Shown here: piece by piece, positions 7,764 through 11,777 of the stretch | How positions within the stretch are numbered: position 1 is the first letter of the stretch | Layout of the letters: each line of letters starts with the position of its first letter | Source of the DNA: a bacterium | Lineage (GTDB): Bacteria; Sysuimicrobiota; Sysuimicrobiia; Sysuimicrobiales; Kaftiobacteriaceae | Assembly (NCBI GenBank): GCA_044868695.1 | Contig: JBIOWP010000012.1 | Location: 1 to 11,777, forward strand | Direction of reading: 5' to 3' | DNA length: 11,777 nucleotides | Translations under genes and position numbers: made by a program | The notes under the pieces: model-generated | The model's input: the letters and a program-made list of their open reading frames with translations, nothing else | What the model was told of the DNA's origin: nothing | The model's database searches: none

Positions 7764-7793
7764 TTGACCTGCGGCCTGCCCCGGGTGTATGGT
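7764..7793 (+). promoter_or_regulatory. Putative sigma70-type promoter TTGACC-N18-TATGGT
   Basis: -35 TTGACC at 7764-7769 (5/6 consensus) and -10 TATGGT at 7788-7793 (conserved T, A and final T). The predicted start near 7799-7801 coincides with the 5' end of the structured RNA. Confidence 0.62.
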
Positions 7794-7799
7794 CGAAGT

Positions 7800-7878
7800 G
7801 CCAGCGGGTGCGCTGACCTAGATGGGAGGACGTTAGCCTCCCAGGTTAACCCGGCCTAACTGGGTACGACCCGCTGGT
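7800..7878 (+). ncRNA. Candidate structured RNA (three-stem junction, possible loop-loop pseudoknot) in the lonC leader; family unassigned
   Basis: P1 is CCAGCGGGT 7801-7809 / ACCCGCTGG 7869-7877 (9 Watson-Crick bp). P2 is TGACC 7814-7818 / GGTTA 7844-7848 plus TGGGAGG 7823-7829 / CCTCCCA 7837-7843. P3 is ACCCG 7849-7853 / TGGGT 7861-7865. Loop segments GTTAG 7832-7836 and CTAAC 7856-7860 are complementary. G-U wobbles work only on the + strand. Confidence 0.55.
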
Positions 7879-7883
7879 CTGCG

Positions 7884-7917
7884 TTTCCCACCCTCGTTCC
7901 TTTCCCAGCCCTCTTTC
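7884..7917 (+). repeat. Imperfect tandem direct repeat (17-nt period), pyrimidine-rich
   Basis: TTTCCCA-CCCTCGTTC (7884-7899) and TTTCCCAGCCCTCTTTC (7901-7917). 30 of the 34 nt are pyrimidines. Confidence 0.6.
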
Positions 7918-7974
7918 GGAGGACCGCGCGTCCGTCGAGAGAAAGCTACCGGACAGAGTCCCGGAGGTCCTTTC

Positions 7975-10419
7975 GTGAGCCAGCGCGATTTGCGGGCGCA
8001 TCACCGCGTATCCCCTGAACGGCTGCGGTGGGTCTGTGATCCCATGGCCGTGCCGTTCAAGAGCACCGCGGAACTGAAACCTGATGAGGTGATCGTCGGC
8101 CAGGACCGGGCGGTCCGCGCGCTCGAACTCGGACTCACGATCCCACAGCCCGGATACCACGTGTACATCTCCGGACCGGTGGGCACCGGGCGCACTACCT
8201 ACGCGCGCAAGAAAGTGAACGCGATTGCCGCGTCCCGGCCCGTTCCCCCGGACTGGTGTTATGTGTATAACTTCCAACAGCCGGACCAGCCGGCGGCACT
8301 CTCGCTGCCCCCGGGGTCGGGGGCGAAGTTCCGCCGCGCCATGAACGAGCTGGTGGACGATCTCAAGGACGCGATTCGCAAGGTGTTTAGCAGCGAGACG
8401 TTTGAGACGCGCCGGCGGGAACTCGTCCAGTCTTTCGAGCAGCGGATCAACCAGGTCTGGAGCGAGCTGGAGGCTTCAGCCCGGCAGCTGGGCTTTGCGA
8501 TTCAGCGGACGCCCACGGGGATCGTCACCGTGCCGGTCGGCCCGTCCGGGGAACCCCTCAGCCAGGACCAATTCGCGCTGCTCAGCGAGCAGCAGCGGGA
8601 GGACATCAACCGTCGCGGGCGCACGCTGCAGGAAGAAGTCGGCGAAGCGCTCCGCAAGGTCCGCGGCGTGGAGCGGGAGGCCCGCGACGCGCTGCGCGAG
8701 CTGGAGCAGCGTGTCGTGCGCTCGGCGGCCAGCCCGCCCATCGCCCGGCTGAAAGAAGAGTTCACCGGTCCCAAGATCGTCGTGTACCTCGACGAGGTGC
8801 TGGCCGACGTCGTGGAGCACCTGGACGACTTCAAGGAGAGCGAGGAGGCCCCCGGGGCGTTTCCCTTCGCCGCGATGATGCGCCGGCAGGATCCATTTAC
8901 CCGCTACCGCGTGAACCTGGTCGTCGACCACAGCCATACCCAGGGCGCGCCGGTGCTCGTGGAAACGAACCCGACATATTACAATCTCCTCGGCAAAGTA
9001 GAGTACCGCGGCGAGTTCGGCGCGCTGGTGACCGACTTCACCATGATCAAGTGCGGCGCGCTGCAGCAGGCGAACGGCGGCTTTCTCCTCCTCCAGGTGC
9101 GCGACCTGCTGACCAACCCGCTCTCGTGGGAGGCACTCAAGCGCGGCCTGAGGAGCGGGGAGGCCCGCATCGAAAACATCGGCGATCAACTCGGGGTGGT
9201 CCCGACCGCCACGCTGCGGCCCGAACCGATCCCGCTGGATCTCAAAGTGATCCTGATCGGTACTCCCTACATCTTCCAGCTGCTCTACACCCTCGACGAG
9301 GACTTCCGTAAGCTGTTCAAAGTCAAGGCGGAGTTCGACATCGAGGTCCAGCGGACCACCGAGGCAACGCGCGCCTACGCGGCGGCGGTGGGAGCCATCT
9401 GCAACCGGCAGGGGCTGCGGCCGTTCGACCGCACCGCGGTCGCGCGGGTCCTGGAACACAGCGCCCGCCTCGCCGAACATCAGGAACGGCTCTCGACCCG
9501 GTTCAACGAAGTCGTCGAGATCGTGTACGAAGCGTCGGCGTGGGCACAGCGCGCCGGACACGACACCGTGACCGCGGCCGACGTGGACAAGGCAGTCGAC
9601 GAAAAAGTCTACCGCTCCAGCCGCATCGAGGAACGCCTGCGCCAGATGATCGCGGAAGGCCAGCTGCTGGTCGACGTTGACGGCGCCAAGCCCGGGCAGG
9701 TCAACGGGCTGTCGGTCCTCCAGCTGGGCGATTACAGCTTCGGGCATCCCAGCCGGATCACCGCGCGGACGTTCGTCGGCAGCCGCGGGGTGGTGAACAT
9801 CGAGCGCGAGATCGAGCTGTCGGGCCGGATCCACAGCAAGGGCGTGGCCATCCTGGCAGCATACCTGGGCGGCAAGTACGCGCAGGACCGCCCGCTCAGT
9901 CTCAACGCGTCGCTCACGTTTGAGCAGACCTACGGCGAAGTGGATGGGGACAGCGCCAGCTCCACGGAACTCTACGCGCTTCTGTCAGAGCTGGCTAGCG
10001 CGCCTATTGATCAGGGGGTGGCCGTCACCGGATCGGTCAACCAGAAGGGCGAGATCCAGCCGATCGGCGGGGTGAACGAAAAGGTCGAGGGGTACTTTGC
10101 GGTGTGCAAGACGCTGGGGCTCACCGGGCGCCAGGGCGTGATGATCCCTGCCCAGAACGTGACCAACCTGATGCTGAAGCCGGACGTGGTGGAGGCCGTG
10201 CGGGAGGGAAAGTTCCACATCTGGGCCGTGCGGTCGATCGACGACGGGCTGGAAGTGCTCACGGGGATGCCCAGTGGAGCGGGTGGACCGGACGGGCGCT
10301 ACCCCGAGGGGACCGTCAACGCCTTGGTCAGCAAACGCCTGCAGGACCTGGCCGAGCGGCTTCGCCGCTTCGCGCCTGCCGGACGAACGGACTCCAAGGA
10401 CGACAACAAGAAGACGTAA
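7975..10419 (+). CDS. Lon-like protease, LonC/YcbZ type (AAA-like module with coiled-coil insertion plus S16 protease domain)
   Basis: 814 aa, GTG start with GGAGG at 7963-7967. Contains [10 protein letters not shown], Walker-A-like [19 protein letters not shown], a long helical insert, NPTYYNLLG and [11 protein letters not shown]. The C-terminal DGDSAS Ser (9952-9954) and GGVNEK Lys (10081-10083) are 43 residues apart, as in the Lon Ser-Lys dyad. Confidence 0.92.
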   Translation: MSQRDLRAHHRVSPERLRWVCDPMAVPFKSTAELKPDEVIVGQDRAVRALELGLTIPQPGYHVYISGPVGTGRTTYARKKVNAIAASRPVPPDWCYVYNFQQPDQPAALSLPPGSGAKFRRAMNELVDDLKDAIRKVFSSETFETRRRELVQSFEQRINQVWSELEASARQLGFAIQRTPTGIVTVPVGPSGEPLSQDQFALLSEQQREDINRRGRTLQEEVGEALRKVRGVEREARDALRELEQRVVRSAASPPIARLKEEFTGPKIVVYLDEVLADVVEHLDDFKESEEAPGAFPFAAMMRRQDPFTRYRVNLVVDHSHTQGAPVLVETNPTYYNLLGKVEYRGEFGALVTDFTMIKCGALQQANGGFLLLQVRDLLTNPLSWEALKRGLRSGEARIENIGDQLGVVPTATLRPEPIPLDLKVILIGTPYIFQLLYTLDEDFRKLFKVKAEFDIEVQRTTEATRAYAAAVGAICNRQGLRPFDRTAVARVLEHSARLAEHQERLSTRFNEVVEIVYEASAWAQRAGHDTVTAADVDKAVDEKVYRSSRIEERLRQMIAEGQLLVDVDGAKPGQVNGLSVLQLGDYSFGHPSRITARTFVGSRGVVNIEREIELSGRIHSKGVAILAAYLGGKYAQDRPLSLNASLTFEQTYGEVDGDSASSTELYALLSELASAPIDQGVAVTGSVNQKGEIQPIGGVNEKVEGYFAVCKTLGLTGRQGVMIPAQNVTNLMLKPDVVEAVREGKFHIWAVRSIDDGLEVLTGMPSGAGGPDGRYPEGTVNALVSKRLQDLAERLRRFAPAGRTDSKDDNKKT

Positions 10420-10444
10420 GCGGCACGGGAGGGGAGGCCCCGTC

Positions 10445-11227
10445 ATGGATCTGGGCCTGCGCGGCCAAGCTGCGCTCGTCGCGGCGGCAAGCCGCGGGTT
10501 GGGCAAAGCGATCGCAAAGGCGCTGGCGGCCGAGGGCGCGCGGGTCGCGATCTGTTCGCGCACCCAGGACGCCGTCAATGCGGCCGCCGCGGAGATCGGC
10601 GGTGACGTCCTGGCGGTGCAGGCCGACGTTACCAAGACTACGGACGTTGAGCGCTTCGTCCACGCGGCGGCCGACCGGTTCGGGCGGATCGACATTCTCA
10701 TCAACAACGCCGGCGGGCCGCCTGCGGGCGCCTTCATGGAGATCAGCGACGAGCAGTGGTGGGCCGGTGTGGGGCTGAACTTGATGAGCGCCGTGCGCCT
10801 GTCGCGGGCCGTGATCCCATACATGCGGGCGCTGGGTGGCGGCCGTATCATTAACATCACCTCCTATGTCGTCAAGCAGCCGCTGCCGAATCTCGTGCTG
10901 TCGAATGCGGTCCGGCTCGCGGTCGTGGGACTGGCGAAGACGATGGCCGCGGAACTGGGTACGGACAACATCCTGGTGAACACCGTGTGTCCCGGTCCCA
11001 TTGCCACCGAACGGCTGGAGTCGCTGACGGCGACCTTTGCTGCGCGCGAGGGTCTCTCGCATGCGGATGCCGAGCGAAGGCTGTGGACCGAACAAGTGCC
11101 GCTGGGACGGGTCGGCCGGCCCGAGGAGTTTGCCAGCGTGGTGGCCTTCCTGGCCTCGCCCCGGGCGAGTTTCGTGACCGGCACAACCCTCCAGGTGGAC
11201 GGGGGGCTGGTGAAGGCGGTATGGTAA
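10445..11227 (+). CDS. Short-chain dehydrogenase/reductase, atypical BKR-like subgroup
   Basis: 260 aa from ATG 10445 (SD GGGGAGG at 10431-10437). Sequence includes [52 protein letters not shown] and [10 protein letters not shown]. Confidence 0.92.
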   Translation: MDLGLRGQAALVAAASRGLGKAIAKALAAEGARVAICSRTQDAVNAAAAEIGGDVLAVQADVTKTTDVERFVHAAADRFGRIDILINNAGGPPAGAFMEISDEQWWAGVGLNLMSAVRLSRAVIPYMRALGGGRIINITSYVVKQPLPNLVLSNAVRLAVVGLAKTMAAELGTDNILVNTVCPGPIATERLESLTATFAAREGLSHADAERRLWTEQVPLGRVGRPEEFASVVAFLASPRASFVTGTTLQVDGGLVKAVW

Positions 11228-11236
11228 GGGGTACGT

Positions 11237-11777
11237 ATGCAGCGTCCATCGCTTCATAAGGTCGCCGTGATCGCGGGCGTGGTCGTGCTCGCGGGCCTGC
11301 TGGCCTGGCGCACGGGCGCCGCCCTACGGGCGCGCAGTCCTGCGCTCCCGGCGACAAACGCGCGGGCGGTCGCTGTGGTGCAGACGGCGCCGGTTGAGCG
11401 GGCCACGATCGTGCTCCGATCCGTCTACGTGGGCGAGGTCACGCCCGAGGCCAGCGTGGATGTGTTTGCGCGGATTCCCGGTCTGGTCGAGTCGCTTGCG
11501 GTGGCAGAGGGCGATCGGGTACGCCGGGGCCAGGTCCTCGCCGTGCTGGATCCCGGAGATCTACGCTTTCGTGTGGAGCAGGCCCGTGTAGAGCTGGCCA
11601 CGGAGCGCGCGCGTCTGAATCAGCTCCTGGCCGGGACGCCGGTTGAGGAGCTCCGCCAGGCGGAAGAAGCACTCCGGCAGGCCCGCGCCAGCCTCGAGCA
11701 CAGCCGGGCGCAGCTCCGCCGTGCGGAGGAACTGTTCCGCCAGGGATACGTGTCCCAGGACCGGATCGACGCCGCTC
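11237..11777 (+). CDS. Efflux transporter periplasmic adaptor subunit (membrane fusion protein, RND/HlyD family), 3'-truncated
   Basis: Not in the ORF track because it has no stop in the window. My translation from ATG 11237: MQRPSLHK, a TM anchor VAVIAGVVVLAGLLAW, VQTAPVER, the lipoyl-like half-motif VDVFARIPGLVESLAVAEGDRVRRGQVLAVLD, then a helical hairpin ending RRAEELFRQGYVSQDRIDAA. SD AAGGGG at 11226-11231. Confidence 0.88.
   Translation, partial: MQRPSLHKVAVIAGVVVLAGLLAWRTGAALRARSPALPATNARAVAVVQTAPVERATIVLRSVYVGEVTPEASVDVFARIPGLVESLAVAEGDRVRRGQVLAVLDPGDLRFRVEQARVELATERARLNQLLAGTPVEELRQAEEALRQARASLEHSRAQLRRAEELFRQGYVSQDRIDAA

Noticed and set aside
7822..7836. Mini-ORF ATG GGA GGA CGT TAG (MGGR) inside the leader
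   Set aside because: It has no upstream SD, is buried in stem P2 and is expected by chance, so it is not supported as a leader peptide.
7800..7878. Assignment of the leader RNA to purine riboswitch, hammerhead, pistol, tRNA or SRP families
   Set aside because: It has no purine-riboswitch junction (UUUCUAC-like J2/3). CUGACCUAGA does not match the hammerhead CUGANGA core and there is no GAAA. The pistol-like UUAG/CUAA pairing lacks the rest of the pistol core. There is no TTCRA T-loop or cloverleaf, and no SRP GGAA/AGCAG motif.
7801..7886. Reading the structured element as a plain intrinsic terminator for the zinc-ribbon gene
   Set aside because: It is multi-branched, not followed by a proper U-tract (TCTGCGTTT), and preceded by its own promoter-like sequence. 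A termination role is not fully excluded.
7846..8277. 143-aa minus-strand ORF spanning the leader and the lonC start
   Set aside because: It overlaps 300 bp of lonC in antisense and has no motif or clear SD.
8476..9834. 452-aa antisense ORF within lonC
   Set aside because: Codon-aligned antisense frame of a GC3-rich gene, with no domain signature.
10274..10444. ORF-track N-terminal extension of the SDR
   Set aside because: It overlaps lonC by 146 bp. ATG 10445 has a strong SD and the family-typical MDLGL start.
9985..11257. Antisense ORFs of 291 and 309 aa over the lonC end and the SDR
   Set aside because: Long antisense ORFs are common opposite GC-rich SDR genes, and there is no independent evidence of coding.

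Overview
GC-rich bacterial chromosomal window with no mobile element, CRISPR array, tRNA or rRNA that I can see. From left to right it contains: the 3' part of thrC (+); a ugpB-ugpA-ugpE sn-glycerol-3-phosphate-type ABC transporter operon lacking its ATPase gene (-), divergent from glpK-glpD (+) across a 115-bp spacer with a GTTCG-N6-CGAAC palindrome; two divergent small genes of unknown function (an exported Pro/Gly/Gln-rich protein and a probably leaderless split zinc-ribbon protein); and a likely operon of a LonC-type Lon-like protease, an atypical SDR and an efflux membrane-fusion protein that runs off the window. The most interesting stretch is the 236-bp non-coding region 7739-7974. It holds a Gram-positive-type LexA box abutting a sigma70-like promoter, then a compact ~79-nt three-stem RNA with complementary 7-nt loops (possible kissing loop), a tandem pyrimidine-rich repeat, and alternative pairings that could hide the lonC ribosome-binding site. 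This is a candidate SOS-controlled cis-regulatory RNA or sRNA that I cannot assign to a known family. All structure calls are by-eye predictions and no searches were run.
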